Positions 1 to 10,626 of a stretch of 64,000 nucleotides of DNA are shown in pieces. Made by a program: the position numbers and the translations under genes. The first letter of the stretch is position 1. Each line of letters begins with the position of its first letter. The stretch covers positions 32,001-96,000 of the forward strand of contig CAVYGB010000008.1 of NCBI GenBank assembly GCA_963767925.1, read 5' to 3'. This stretch comes from an uncultured delta proteobacterium (GTDB lineage Bacteria; Myxococcota_A; Polyangia; Fen-1088). Under the pieces are notes generated by a model that saw nothing but the letters and a program-made list of their open reading frames with translations, was not told the origin of the DNA and did no database searches.

Positions 1-1
1 C

Positions 2-691
2 GCCCTCGATCCCGGCGCGGCCGTCGGCACGCTGGTCTTGCGGGCGCTCGCGGGGCTGGTAGGGGCGCCCCTGCCCGGGGATCCCGAAGAGCGCCGGGCG
101 ATCTGGGCGGTCCATGGCGTTCTGGTCGACGAGCTGTCGGCGCCCGTGCTCGCCCTGAACCTGCCGGGATCGTCGAGCGGGGGCACGGATCGGGCGCTGG
201 CCCTGGCGCGGGAGCTGGGCGAACCGACCCGCCTCTCGACGCGACAGCTCCTGCGCGATCCACCAAGGCTCGCGCTCGACCTGATCTCCGAGCGGACCGT
301 GTTCGTGTGTGAAAATCCGAGCGTGGTGGCCGCTGCCGCCGACCGGCTGGGCCCGCGCTGCCGGCCCCTCCTGTGCACCGAGGGCCAGCCGAAGACCGCG
401 CTGAGAATGCTGCTCGCACAGCTGCGATCGGCGGGACTGCGGCTGGCATACCACGGGGACTTCGACTGGCCGGGCATCCAGATCGGTAACCTGATGGTGA
501 CGCGCTTTCAGGCCGAGACCTGGTGCTTCGGGAGCGCCGACTACCTCGCCGCTGCCGAGGGCGCGCCCCTGGCCGGCAACCCGATCGTGCCCGTATGGGA
601 CGCTCGGCTGGCGGAGGAGATGCGTGGCCGGGGGTGCGCCGTGTACGAGGAGGCCGTGCTCCCCCAGCTCGTCGCGGTCCTCGGCCGCTGA
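2..691 (+). CDS. TIGR02679-family protein (DUF3323/DUF2399, Toprim-like), Wadjet type II JetD-like; 5' truncated by window edge
   Basis: Frame is open from position 2 (ALDPG...). Motifs GVLVDELSAPVLALNL, VFVCENPSV, PLLCTEGQP, YHGDFDWPGI and C-terminal VYEE match this family. Confidence 0.85.
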   Translation, partial: ALDPGAAVGTLVLRALAGLVGAPLPGDPEERRAIWAVHGVLVDELSAPVLALNLPGSSSGGTDRALALARELGEPTRLSTRQLLRDPPRLALDLISERTVFVCENPSVVAAAADRLGPRCRPLLCTEGQPKTALRMLLAQLRSAGLRLAYHGDFDWPGIQIGNLMVTRFQAETWCFGSADYLAAAEGAPLAGNPIVPVWDARLAEEMRGRGCAVYEEAVLPQLVAVLGR

Positions 692-858
692 TTCCCTCCG
701 CCGGCAAAGGCTTCGAAGCGCCCCCGGCCCGTCCTGGACAGACCCAAGCAAGCCGCGGCGCAATGCAAGGGAAGCGCGCGTCGTCCGGCTTGTCCGGGCC
801 TTCCATTGGGGTTCGCCGCGCTGGATGCGGCGAGCTGAGTCGTCCGACCCCGGGCGGG

Positions 859-888
859 TTGACACCTCCGGGCGGCGACGCATACGGT
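859..888 (+). promoter_or_regulatory. possible sigma-70 promoter
   Basis: TTGACA-N18-TACGGT about 50 bp upstream of ATG 939. Confidence 0.35.
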
Positions 889-938
889 GTTGCGGTTTCC
901 GGGGCCCCTGGGCCGCACCGCATGAAAATGGGAGAAGT

Positions 939-2267
939 ATGAAACCCCAAAAGATCATCGTCGTTCTGGGCCTGTGCTCGCTGGTGCTGGCGGCTTCGGC
1001 CGAGCCGGCGCGCGCGCAGGTTGTTCACCGGATTGTCGTCGACACGTTCATCGGAACGCCGGCCCCCGGAGTCCGGGAGCTGATCATCTCGGAGCTGGTG
1101 CAGCAGGGCCACCAGATCGTCCCCGACAGCAACCTGAAGGCGGTGGTCTCCGGGCTCGGCCTCAAGCGGCTGTCGGAGAACTACGCGGCGGTCGCTCAGC
1201 AGCTTGGCGCGACCCTGTTCCTCGAGGGGGTCACCTCCCGCCGGCGGAGCGTCTACACGACGCGGGTCCGGATGAGAAACGCCGCCGGGCCAATCGGAGA
1301 CGCGAGCTGGTCCGGAGCCGGGGTTTCCAGGCTGCTGGCGAAGGTTCGCTCGGGCCTGTCCAGGCGTCTGGCGGCGCTGGTGGCCGGCGACGGCAACCGC
1401 GAGCCGGCCAACGCGACCGCCCCGGCCGCTCTGGCGGCCAACCCCGCGGCGGGGCAGGGCGCGGGGCCCGTCATCTCCGACTCCGACAATGGCTCGTTGG
1501 CTCAGGCGATGGGGCCGGCGGGTGAGGTGCGGGCCGCTGCCGCGCAGGAGGAGGAGGACTCCGAGCAGCCCTCCAGCTCCCGCTCCAGCCGTCTGGAGAT
1601 TGTCGCGGGCCCCCACGTCTTCGCCCGCCAGTTCGCCTACGCCCGGAATCAGGTCGGCCCTCAGATTGGCTACCAGATGGTGGGCGTGCCCGCTTTCCAC
1701 CTGGCGGCGGACTACTTCTTCCTGCCGTTCCTGGGCATCTCCGTGAGCGGCGAATACTCTTACCCGTTCTCACCGGCCGGTCCCGACGGCGCCCCGATCC
1801 GGACCGGCTCGTTCGGGTTCGCGGCCGGTCCCAAGCTCCGGCTCACGTTCGGGCCGGCTGATCTCCTGGTGAGCGCGGCCTACGCGGAGGACGCCTTCGC
1901 CCTGTCGAAGGAGGGGCCCGAGCCCCCGCAGATCGCCAACGTTCGTTACCAGCAGATCAAGGGCGGCCCCTCGGCCCGCGTGCGGATCAGCCGCAACCTG
2001 GCGCTGCTCGCGGGTGGCTCCTACCTGCACCTGCTCTCGTTCGGCGAGATCGGGTCTGCGCGGTACTTCCCCTTCGTCACCGGCTACGGCGCCGAGGGCT
2101 TTGCCGGAGCGGCCGTGGGCCTCACCACGAGCCTCGAGGTTCGCGCCACGGCCAACCTGCGCCGCTACGTTCTCTCGCTGAACAGCTCGACCGCCGATGA
2201 GCGACAGGCCGGAGCTGGCACCGACCAGTACCTCGGCATCAACCTCTCCGTCGCCTTCCGAGACTGA
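939..2267 (+). CDS. secreted/outer-membrane hypothetical protein (N-terminal alpha/beta domain, Ala-rich linker, C-terminal beta-barrel-like region)
   Basis: GGAG RBS before ATG 939. Signal peptide MKPQKIIVVLGLCSLVLAASAEPARA. Amphipathic beta-strands end in YLGINLSVAFRD. Confidence 0.65.
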   Translation: MKPQKIIVVLGLCSLVLAASAEPARAQVVHRIVVDTFIGTPAPGVRELIISELVQQGHQIVPDSNLKAVVSGLGLKRLSENYAAVAQQLGATLFLEGVTSRRRSVYTTRVRMRNAAGPIGDASWSGAGVSRLLAKVRSGLSRRLAALVAGDGNREPANATAPAALAANPAAGQGAGPVISDSDNGSLAQAMGPAGEVRAAAAQEEEDSEQPSSSRSSRLEIVAGPHVFARQFAYARNQVGPQIGYQMVGVPAFHLAADYFFLPFLGISVSGEYSYPFSPAGPDGAPIRTGSFGFAAGPKLRLTFGPADLLVSAAYAEDAFALSKEGPEPPQIANVRYQQIKGGPSARVRISRNLALLAGGSYLHLLSFGEIGSARYFPFVTGYGAEGFAGAAVGLTTSLEVRATANLRRYVLSLNSSTADERQAGAGTDQYLGINLSVAFRD

Positions 2268-2387
2268 CCGCCCGCTGACCCGAGCGACGGCGGTCCCTGC
2301 GTCGCTCGTCTTACGCGGATTTTACATGGGGTTCGCCCCGTCGCCCGGAGGTTGTCTTTGCGGGGGGTGACGGGCATTCTGGGCGGC

Positions 2388-3329
2388 ATGACCAGACCCT
2401 CTCTCGTGGCTGTGATCGCGCTGCTCATGGCTGCTCCCGTGGCGCTGGCCCAGAGCAAGGGCACCCCGAAGAAGCTGCTGTTCTTCACCAAGGCGGCGAG
2501 CCACGAGCACGCCATCATCGTGGGCAAGGACGGGCAGCCCAACTTCGCGCACAAGGCGCTGGAGGAGCTGGGGAAGAAACACGGCTTCGTGGTCACCCAC
2601 AGCAAGGACGGCGGGCTGTTCACGGCTTCGGGCATCGCCGGCTACGACGGCTTCGTCTTCTACACGTCGGGCGATCTCACCACCCCCGGCACCGACAAGA
2701 GCCCCCCGATGTCCGCCGAGGGGAAGGCCGCCTTCCTCGCGGCGATCGCGAACGGCAAGGCCTTCGTCGGCATCCACTCGGCGGCCGACACCTTCAACAC
2801 GCCCGGGGAGCGCTTCCGGGCCACCGGCGACGCGACCGATCCCTACGTCAAGATGCTGGGGGGCGAGATCCTCAACCACGGCATGCAGCAGTCGGTGCGG
2901 GTGCTGTGCGCCGACCGCAAGTTCCCCGGGTTCGACGCCTGCAAGGAGAGCTTCGTGCTGCTCGACGACTTCTACTCGCTGCGGAACTTCGGCACGGATC
3001 TGCACGTGCTGCTCTCGGTCGCCACCTGGTCCATGAAGAACACCGGCCCCGAGAGCGTCTATCGCCGCGCGCCCTTTCCCATCGCCTGGGCCCGCAAACA
3101 CGGCAAGGGCCGGGTCTTCTTCACCGGCATCGGGCACCGCGAGGAGACCTGGGCCAACGCCCAGTTCCAGGACATGCTCGTGGGCGGCATCCGCTGGGCG
3201 ACCGGCCTGGCCAGCGCCACGATCAAGCCGAACATCACCACGGTGACCCCCGGGTTCGGCGAGATCCCCCCCAACGACCCACCCCCCGCCAAGCCCCCGA
3301 CCGCCACGTCCGCCTCGGCGGCCCCCTGA
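2388..3329 (+). CDS. ThuA-like (class I glutamine amidotransferase-like fold) secreted protein
   Basis: Signal peptide; motifs LLFFTK, FVGIHSAADTF, PIAWARKHGKGRVFFTGIGH, LVGGIRWA. Confidence 0.85.
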   Translation: MTRPSLVAVIALLMAAPVALAQSKGTPKKLLFFTKAASHEHAIIVGKDGQPNFAHKALEELGKKHGFVVTHSKDGGLFTASGIAGYDGFVFYTSGDLTTPGTDKSPPMSAEGKAAFLAAIANGKAFVGIHSAADTFNTPGERFRATGDATDPYVKMLGGEILNHGMQQSVRVLCADRKFPGFDACKESFVLLDDFYSLRNFGTDLHVLLSVATWSMKNTGPESVYRRAPFPIAWARKHGKGRVFFTGIGHREETWANAQFQDMLVGGIRWATGLASATIKPNITTVTPGFGEIPPNDPPPAKPPTATSASAAP

Positions 3330-3359
3330 CCCCAGGTTCCGGACAGAGTCCGCTCTGAA

Positions 3360-3387
3360 GCGCGCGGGAGGGAAACCTCCGGCGCGC
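3360..3387. terminator. GC-rich hairpin between convergent genes (possible terminator)
   Basis: gcgcgc-g-ggagg-GAAA-cctcc-g-gcgcgc; no clear U-tract. Confidence 0.4.
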
Positions 3388-3392
3388 ATCGA

Positions 3393-4445
3393 TCAGGCGG
3401 AGCGGTTGCGCGCCTGGTGGGTGAGGATGAGGGCCACGGTGAGGGTCAGGAGGGTGAGGGGGATGGTGGCGTAGAGCGCGCGGTGGCCGATGCCGAGGGA
3501 CCAGGAGGGGGGGCCGGCGACGACGTACTGGGCGTTGAAGGGGGAAGAGGCCGCGCGGGGGCCGCTGCGGGTGTAGAGCCAGGGGTCGGGGTATATGAGG
3601 TGGGTGGCGCGGGGCTTGTCGGGGGCGCCCTGGTAAAAGCGCTGGCCGTCGAGGTTGCGTCCGGTGCTCGTCGGGATCTGGGCGAGGCGCTGGAAGTGGA
3701 TGGAGGAGGGGAGGGCGCTGATGACGGCGGCGGCGCTGCTGCCTGCTGGCGTGCTGACGGTGCCGGCGAAGAGGGGATCGAAGAGGATCCACCCCCGCTG
3801 GGGGTCGTGGACCTCGATCGCTGGATGGGAGATCTCGACCGAGGGATTCGTCATGTGGACCAGGCGGGCCGGGGTGCCGGTGGCGAGCAGGGCGGCGGCG
3901 AGCAGGCTCGCGCGGGTGGCGGGGTCGCAGGGGCGCCCGGCCAGGTGGCTGGCGACGAGGGCGAGGTGATCGGCGGCGGGATCGAGGAGGGATCGGGGCG
4001 GGCGGCCGTGAGGACAGCGGGTGGCCAGGGCGTTGCTCAGGCAGACGGCCCGCTCGATCGCCGCTGCCGGGCCGGCGCAGCGCCCGCGCGCGAAGGCGCG
4101 CAGGTGATCGGCGGCCGAGCCCTCGACGACGGCGGGGGTGTCCCAGCGGAGGGCGGCGAGCTGGAGGGGATCGGCGGGACGGAGGGCATCGTCGAGGTCG
4201 ACCTGCTGCAGGCGGGTGCGCGCGTAGCCGAGCCGGTCGAGCGAGATGGTCTGGAGGGCCAAAACGGTGGCCAGCACGATGACCCAGGTCTCCCGGGCGG
4301 CCCGCTTCCCGGCGGCAGTCCGCGGGTGGGGCGGTGGGATGGCGCCTGCTGCGGGCTGCGCGTATGTGCCCACCCAGGGGGCCGGGTCGGCCGGAGCCTC
4401 CGGCGTGGAATCCGCGTCGTGTCGAGCCACGGGATGGTCAAGCAC
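3393..4445 (-). CDS. membrane-anchored transglutaminase-like domain protein (start uncertain)
   Basis: RASLLAAALLATGTPARLV...HPAIEV...GWILFDP resembles the transglutaminase-like core. Hydrophobic helices lie near both ends. The catalytic Cys is doubtful. Confidence 0.5.
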   Translation of the reverse strand: MLDHPVARHDADSTPEAPADPAPWVGTYAQPAAGAIPPPHPRTAAGKRAARETWVIVLATVLALQTISLDRLGYARTRLQQVDLDDALRPADPLQLAALRWDTPAVVEGSAADHLRAFARGRCAGPAAAIERAVCLSNALATRCPHGRPPRSLLDPAADHLALVASHLAGRPCDPATRASLLAAALLATGTPARLVHMTNPSVEISHPAIEVHDPQRGWILFDPLFAGTVSTPAGSSAAAVISALPSSIHFQRLAQIPTSTGRNLDGQRFYQGAPDKPRATHLIYPDPWLYTRSGPRAASSPFNAQYVVAGPPSWSLGIGHRALYATIPLTLLTLTVALILTHQARNRSA

Positions 4446-4865
4446 CGCTGGTGGCTGTGCAATGGCCAGACCGCCCTCGACCGCGAGGGCGTGACCCGCC
4501 GTCCGGGTGCGACGGCGAGTCGGGGAGGCGCACCGCCGCCGCCGCCGCCTCGCAGACCTTCGCGAAACGCAAGGGCAACAGCCGCACGACGCAAGCCGAG
4601 GGCGGCGGGTTCGCTGTCCGCTGCGCTCGGGTGCTGTCGCACAGGCGCCCGGATGGCCCGCCATGGCCGAGGCCGGCTTCTCGCGGGAGACCCGGGTGGA
4701 GACGCCAGGGCCCCCCGCCGGCCGGTTCCACCGACGTCCCGGCGGCATCGTCGCGCGTGAGCGATCTGTGATGCGCCAGCTTGCAAAACCGTCGCGGGGG
4801 GGCAAAATGCCGACGCTGTGAGATCCCGTCGACGCCTGCGTGACTTCCTCTGGCGGCAGGTCTCC

Positions 4866-7538
4866 ATGGGGGCGAAGACCCCCGGCCGGGCGGGCGCCGG
4901 CCGGCTCGTCCTCCCGGTGCTGCTGACCCTGCTGATCCCGGCGGCGGCCGGGGCCCGCTCGACCGCCTTTTACATGGGTGATCGCCCGCCGCTGGAGGCC
5001 CTCGGGTGGTTCCAGGAGGTGGTTCTGGATCCCGCCCGGGTGAGCGACCCCGAGCTGGCGGCCCTCCGCCGCGGTGGGACCTTGACCATCGCGAGCATAG
5101 CCCCGGCCGAGGTGGCCAAGGGCGCGGCGTCCTCGGGGGCGCTGCTGACTGCCCTGCAGAAGCGCGGGTTCACCGCCTTCCTCTTCGACGCGCGCGACCC
5201 GGCCCGGGTGCCGGGGACCGAGGCGCTGATCCGCGAGGCGCGCCGGCGCAACGCCGGGTCCCAGCTCTACTACTGGGCCGCGCTGGAGCGGCTGCAGGCG
5301 GTGGGCCCATCGATCTCGGGCTTCGTCACCGACGGGATCTTCAGCGAGCGCCTGCCCCGGCCGGGTGAAGACACCGCGCCCGCGGTGCTCGACGACATCG
5401 AGGGCGTGCGCCGGCTAGCCAACCTGGTGCGGGTGCGGGGCGGCTCCAGCATCCCGATCATCGTGCGCGAGCGGCTGCCCGCGGGGCAGCGCGAGCAGGC
5501 GCGCGGGATCGCCCGCACCCTGGCCGAGCGGGGGTTCGTCCCCTGGGTCACGGTGGGCCGCCGCCACCTGGGGGTGGGCCTGCGCGAGTTCATCCCCCGG
5601 CGCATCCTCGTCCTTTACGATGGCCAGGAAGAGGCCAAGGTGCAGGAGACCGTCGCCCACCGGTTGCTGTCGGTCCCGATCGAATACCTGGGCTACATCG
5701 GCGATTTCCTCGACGTGCGGGCGGCCCCCCTGCCGCAGGGCGATCTGAGCGCCCGCTACACCGGCATCGCCACCTTCTTCGGCGACGACGAGATGCCGCA
5801 GCCCCGGGCCTACGAGGCCTGGGTGCTCGCCCAGATCGACAACGGGGTCCGCATCGCCATGTTCGGGCGGCCGGGCCTGCCCGCCTCCTCGGGCGTCCTC
5901 GGGCGCATGGGGCTGATCGAGTCGAAGCGGCCGCTGGTCCCTCCCGTCTCGGTCTCGGGGACCAGCGTGATCACCGGCTTCGAGGCGGCGCCCCGGCCGC
6001 TGGCCCGCGACCTGCCCAACTGGCAGGCCCGGGAGGGGGAGGTCCACATCGAGCTGCGAGACAGCAGCGGCCAGCGCGTGACCCCCGTGGTGACCGGGAG
6101 CTGGGGCGGCCTGGCCCTCGACCCCTACATCACCGACCACGGGCTCGACAACCGGGTGCGCTGGATCCTCGACCCGTTCGCCTTCCTGACCCGGGCCCTC
6201 GACCTCGAGGCCATCCCCGCCCCCGACCCCACCACCGAGAGCGGCCGCCGCCTCCTGTTCATCCACATCGACGGCGACGCCTTCGTGAGCCAGGCGGAGA
6301 TGCCGGGCAAACGCTACGCCGGCGAGGTGATCCTGCGGGAGTTCCTGCTGCGTTACCCGCAGCTCCCCCACACCGTGTCGGTGGTCGAGGGGGAGGTCGG
6401 CCCCGCTGGCAAGTACCCCGACGTCTCGCCCAAGCTGGAGGCGATCGCCCGGACCATCTTCAAGCTGCCCCAGGTCGAGGTGGCGAGCCACACCTTCGGT
6501 CACCCGCTCGACTGGGTCCGGGCCTCCCAGGGCGAGCGCACCCGCAGCGCCGAGTCGGCCGCGCCCATCGACCTCGACATCCCCGGGTACCGCTACAACG
6601 CCCACCGCGAGGTGGCCGGCTCGGTCGCCTACATCAACGAGCGGCTGGCCCCCAAGGACAAGCCGGTGAAGGTCTACCTCTGGAGCGGCGACGCCATGCC
6701 CGGCCCGGACGCCATGCGGGAGGTGGTCGCCCTCAAGCTGGCCAACATGAACGGCAACAACGCCGAGACGCCACGGGACGCCCCCACGCTGTCGCAGGTC
6801 CCTTCCCTGGGCAAATACGTCAACGGGATGTTGCAGGTGTATTCGCAGGCCCACAACGAGAACGAATACACCTCCGACTGGACCAGCCGCTATTACGGTT
6901 TTCGCGACCTGGTCGATCGCTTTCGGTTCACCGAGGCGCCCCGCCGCCTGAAGCCGATCAACATCTACTATCACTTTTACTCGGGCACCAAACCGGCGGG
7001 CATCACGGCGCTGCACCAGATCTACAAATACGCCCTCGAGCAGGAGACCCTCCCGATCGTGGTCAGCGAGGCGGTGGCCCGGGTGGCAGGCTTTCACAGC
7101 GTCACCTTCGCCCGGCGCATCGACGGCGCCTGGGAGCTGCGGGGCCTGGGGGCGCTGCGGACTCTGCGCCTCGACCGCCGCCTGGGCTGGCCCGATCTGG
7201 CCAACTCGATCGGCGTGGCCGGCGTCACCGACGCTGGCCCCGGCCGTTACCTCTCGCTGGGGGCCGAGCCGGAGATCACCCTGGCGCTGACCTCCAGCCG
7301 GCCCGCCTTGCCCCACCTGATCTCGTCCAACGCCATGCTCGTCTCCTGGACCCGGAACCCGACGGGGGTGACCTTTCACCTGCAGGGCCACCAGCCGGTC
7401 CAGGTCACCATCGGGGGCTGCACCTCCGGCGAGGGCGTGACCGGCGCGAGCCGGGTGCGCGTCGACCTCCCCCGCCGGGAGGTCCGTCTCTCCTTCCCCG
7501 CGAAGGACACGGGCGAGGTGTCGCTGCGCTGCCGCTGA
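4866..7538 (+). CDS. PelA-like protein: degenerate glycoside hydrolase N-terminal domain plus polysaccharide deacetylase domain
   Basis: Signal peptide; motifs PRRILVLYDG, PIEYLGY, PAPDPTTESGRRLLFIHIDGD, EVASHTFGHP, NENEYT, PRRLKPINIYYHFYSGTK. Confidence 0.85.
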   Translation: MGAKTPGRAGAGRLVLPVLLTLLIPAAAGARSTAFYMGDRPPLEALGWFQEVVLDPARVSDPELAALRRGGTLTIASIAPAEVAKGAASSGALLTALQKRGFTAFLFDARDPARVPGTEALIREARRRNAGSQLYYWAALERLQAVGPSISGFVTDGIFSERLPRPGEDTAPAVLDDIEGVRRLANLVRVRGGSSIPIIVRERLPAGQREQARGIARTLAERGFVPWVTVGRRHLGVGLREFIPRRILVLYDGQEEAKVQETVAHRLLSVPIEYLGYIGDFLDVRAAPLPQGDLSARYTGIATFFGDDEMPQPRAYEAWVLAQIDNGVRIAMFGRPGLPASSGVLGRMGLIESKRPLVPPVSVSGTSVITGFEAAPRPLARDLPNWQAREGEVHIELRDSSGQRVTPVVTGSWGGLALDPYITDHGLDNRVRWILDPFAFLTRALDLEAIPAPDPTTESGRRLLFIHIDGDAFVSQAEMPGKRYAGEVILREFLLRYPQLPHTVSVVEGEVGPAGKYPDVSPKLEAIARTIFKLPQVEVASHTFGHPLDWVRASQGERTRSAESAAPIDLDIPGYRYNAHREVAGSVAYINERLAPKDKPVKVYLWSGDAMPGPDAMREVVALKLANMNGNNAETPRDAPTLSQVPSLGKYVNGMLQVYSQAHNENEYTSDWTSRYYGFRDLVDRFRFTEAPRRLKPINIYYHFYSGTKPAGITALHQIYKYALEQETLPIVVSEAVARVAGFHSVTFARRIDGAWELRGLGALRTLRLDRRLGWPDLANSIGVAGVTDAGPGRYLSLGAEPEITLALTSSRPALPHLISSNAMLVSWTRNPTGVTFHLQGHQPVQVTIGGCTSGEGVTGASRVRVDLPRREVRLSFPAKDTGEVSLRCR

Positions 7539-7618
7539 CCGGCGGCGCGCTCCCGTGGGCCCGGCGCCGCTGCCCGCCGAGCGCCCGGCCGGTCCGGTGC
7601 CGTATAGTGGCGGCACGC

Positions 7619-8182
7619 ATGGCTCTCGCTGCCACTGTCTACCATCTCCAGATCGAGCTCTCGGACGTCGACCGCGGGGTGTACCAGTCTCTCGACCTCC
7701 GGCTGGGCCGCCACCCCTCCGAGTCGATGGCGTATCTGTTGACCCGGGTGCTCGCCTATTGCCTCTGCCACGAGGAGGGGATCACCTTCTCCAAGGGGGG
7801 GCTGTCGGACACAGACGAGCCGCCGGTGGCCATCCGCGATCTGCAGGGCAACCTGCGGGCCTGGATCGACGTCGGCACCCCCTCGGCGGATCGGTTGCAC
7901 CGGGCCAGCAAGGCCTGCCCGCGGGTGGTCGTATTCACCCAGCACGATCCCGGCCTGCTGCACAAGCAGGCCCGGGACAAGGCCATCCATCGGGTCGAGG
8001 CCATCGAGGTCCACGCGCTGGAGGCGGCGTTCCTCGAGGACCTCGCGGCGGTCACCGTCCGAAACGCCCGCTGGTCCCTAACCCACACCGAGGGCGTCCT
8101 CTACGTCACGGCCGGCGGGCAGAATCTGTCGAGCACGGTCACCCGGCACACGCTGGGTGGCGCGGTCGCGCCGGCGGGGTGA
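7619..8182 (+). CDS. yaeQ: YaeQ family protein
   Basis: MALAATVY, LSDVDRGVY, HPSE, RVLAYCL, GLSDTDEP, WIDVGTPSADRLHRASK. Confidence 0.9.
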   Translation: MALAATVYHLQIELSDVDRGVYQSLDLRLGRHPSESMAYLLTRVLAYCLCHEEGITFSKGGLSDTDEPPVAIRDLQGNLRAWIDVGTPSADRLHRASKACPRVVVFTQHDPGLLHKQARDKAIHRVEAIEVHALEAAFLEDLAAVTVRNARWSLTHTEGVLYVTAGGQNLSSTVTRHTLGGAVAPAG

Positions 8183-8210
8183 CCCGCCGGGGCGCCCGGG
8201 AGCGCGGCTG

Positions 8211-8576
<366 letters not shown>

Positions 8577-8801
8577 CTATAGAGCGGCGGATCGCCGCGC
8601 GGGGGGCGTCACACCACAGCATGGCCGGGCGGCGGCGACTCGCGCGACCCGCCGGCCGCGCTGCGGCCTCGGCGAGCGCGGTTTTCGGCGGTCTTCACCG
8701 GCGCGTTACCTGGAATTTTCGTCCCGGCAACCTCGGATCTTTCTCGCTGTCGCGTCGCTTTCTTCGACGGCGGAGGCCGCGCGGAGATACCCTCTGCGCC
8801 C

Positions 8802-9713
8802 ATGCCCACTCAGGACCAGGGCTTTGAAAGCGACGCTCTCCGAGCCGCCTTGAAGGACGCGCTCGCCGGCCGGCCGGCGGAGCTCGAGCGCTTGCTCGTG
8901 CGGCTGGGCGCCGTGCTGAGCGGGAAGCCGAACCTCCGGCTGGCGACGGCGTTCGGCTTCGAGGTGGCGAGCCTCCCGGCCTCCGTGGTCGGGCTGCTGC
9001 GGAGGCTGGGTGGCGACGACGCCGCGCCCGACACCGATCGCGTCTTCCTCCCCATCGTGGGCGCCCACGGCTGGGCGGCGCGGGTGCGGACCGGGCGCGA
9101 CCTCGAGGAGGCCTGGGCGGCGCTCGCCGAGCTGGTCGCCGATGAGCGGACGCCGGTCCGCCTCGGCACCCGCGAGGCGCTGCTGACGCTGGCGACGCGA
9201 GAGGGGGGGGCGGACGATCTGGTGGCGCGGGCGATGACCTGGCTCGACCTCGAGCCGCGCGAGCTGCGCTTCGGGGCCCCGGCGGCGGCGCTCGACGTCC
9301 TGGCCGAGCGCGGGGTGGTGGCGGGCGTGCGCGACCAGGCGGCCTTGCTGGAGCTGCTGTCTCGATCGATCGCCGAGGTGGCCGGCGCCCCCCGCGCGGC
9401 CGAGCGCTCGAGCGCCCGGCGGCGGCTGCTGCAGGCGCTGCCCTCCGCCCTGGCGGCGGCGCTGGCCAACCCCGCCTCCGCCCAGGAGGCTCAGCGCTGG
9501 TTCCGGGAGCTCAGCCAGGACGCCGCCCACGCCGACGTGCGCGAGGTGCTGTCCAGCGCCTTGCTGCGCCTGCGCTCCCCGGCCCACAAGCTGGCAGCGC
9601 CGGCGATCGAGGATCTGCGGCGCACGCTCGAGGGCAGCGCCAAGCCCCTGCGCGATCCCTCCCGTCTGCGCCCCGGCACCGGGCGAGGCAAGGCTTCGCG
9701 GCGGATCCGCTGA
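8802..9713 (+). CDS. hypothetical alpha-helical protein
   Basis: 303-aa ORF with coding-like GC3 bias; Leu/Ala-rich helices, possibly HEAT-like. Confidence 0.6.
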   Translation: MPTQDQGFESDALRAALKDALAGRPAELERLLVRLGAVLSGKPNLRLATAFGFEVASLPASVVGLLRRLGGDDAAPDTDRVFLPIVGAHGWAARVRTGRDLEEAWAALAELVADERTPVRLGTREALLTLATREGGADDLVARAMTWLDLEPRELRFGAPAAALDVLAERGVVAGVRDQAALLELLSRSIAEVAGAPRAAERSSARRRLLQALPSALAAALANPASAQEAQRWFRELSQDAAHADVREVLSSALLRLRSPAHKLAAPAIEDLRRTLEGSAKPLRDPSRLRPGTGRGKASRRIR

Positions 9714-9726
9714 CCGCCGCTCGCCC

Positions 9727-10626
9727 TTGCTCCCGGGCGGCGGCTGTACCAACATGCGCGCCTTCCGGAGACGTCCGCGAAACGCGAGGAGGCTCATCTT
9801 GGTAGCAACAGGAAAAGACGCGTGGCTCGTGCTGGGGACGGCGCTGCTGTCCGCCGTCGCCCTGGTCGGCGCCGCGCGCGCCCAGGCTCCGAAGATCGGG
9901 TACGACGACACCCCGCTGCAGCCGGGCGGCCGCTGGCGGGTCCACGACGGCAAGCGACCGGCGCCCCGGATGGTGGCGCCCGGCACCACCTCGACCCCCT
10001 CCGCCCCGGGCAAGCCGCCCTCCGACGCCACCGTGCTGATCGGACCGGGGGCCGACCTCTCGCGCTGGAGCATGCTGGACGGCACGCCCGCGACCTGGCC
10101 CATGAAAGACGGGGTGCTCGAGTCGGGCAAGGGCTACCTGCGCACCAAGGAGGAGTTCTCGGACTTCCAGCTCCACGTCGAGTGGGCGGCGCCCAAGACG
10201 GTCAAGGGCGACGGCCAGGGGCGCGGCAACAGCGGCGTCTATCTGCTCGGCAAGTTCGAGGTGCAGGTACTCGACAGCTACCAGAACGCGACCTACCCCG
10301 ACGGCCAGGCGGCCGCGCTGTACGGGCAATATCCCCCGCTGGTGAACGCCTCGCGGCCTCCGGGCGAGTGGCAGGCCTACGACATCCTGTTCACCGCCCC
10401 CCGCTGGAAGGACGGCAAGGTGGAGCGGCCCGCCGTCGTCACCGTCTTGCACAACGGCGTCGTCGTCCACAACGCCACCTCCTATCACGGCCCCAGCATG
10501 CACAAGCAGATCGCCCCCTACACGCCCGAGTTGACCCGCGGCCCCATCAGCCTGCAGGACCACGGCAACCCGGTCCGCTTTCGCAACATCTGGATCCGGC
10601 CCCTCAAGAGCTACGATCAACCCTGA
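9727..10626 (+). CDS. DUF1080 (3-keto-disaccharide hydrolase-like) secreted protein; true start probably further downstream
   Basis: PPSDATVL, FSDFQLHVEW, GRGNSGVYL, EVQVLDS, GEWQAYDI, LQDHGNPVRFRNIWIR. Confidence 0.9.
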   Translation: MLPGGGCTNMRAFRRRPRNARRLILVATGKDAWLVLGTALLSAVALVGAARAQAPKIGYDDTPLQPGGRWRVHDGKRPAPRMVAPGTTSTPSAPGKPPSDATVLIGPGADLSRWSMLDGTPATWPMKDGVLESGKGYLRTKEEFSDFQLHVEWAAPKTVKGDGQGRGNSGVYLLGKFEVQVLDSYQNATYPDGQAAALYGQYPPLVNASRPPGEWQAYDILFTAPRWKDGKVERPAVVTVLHNGVVVHNATSYHGPSMHKQIAPYTPELTRGPISLQDHGNPVRFRNIWIRPLKSYDQP

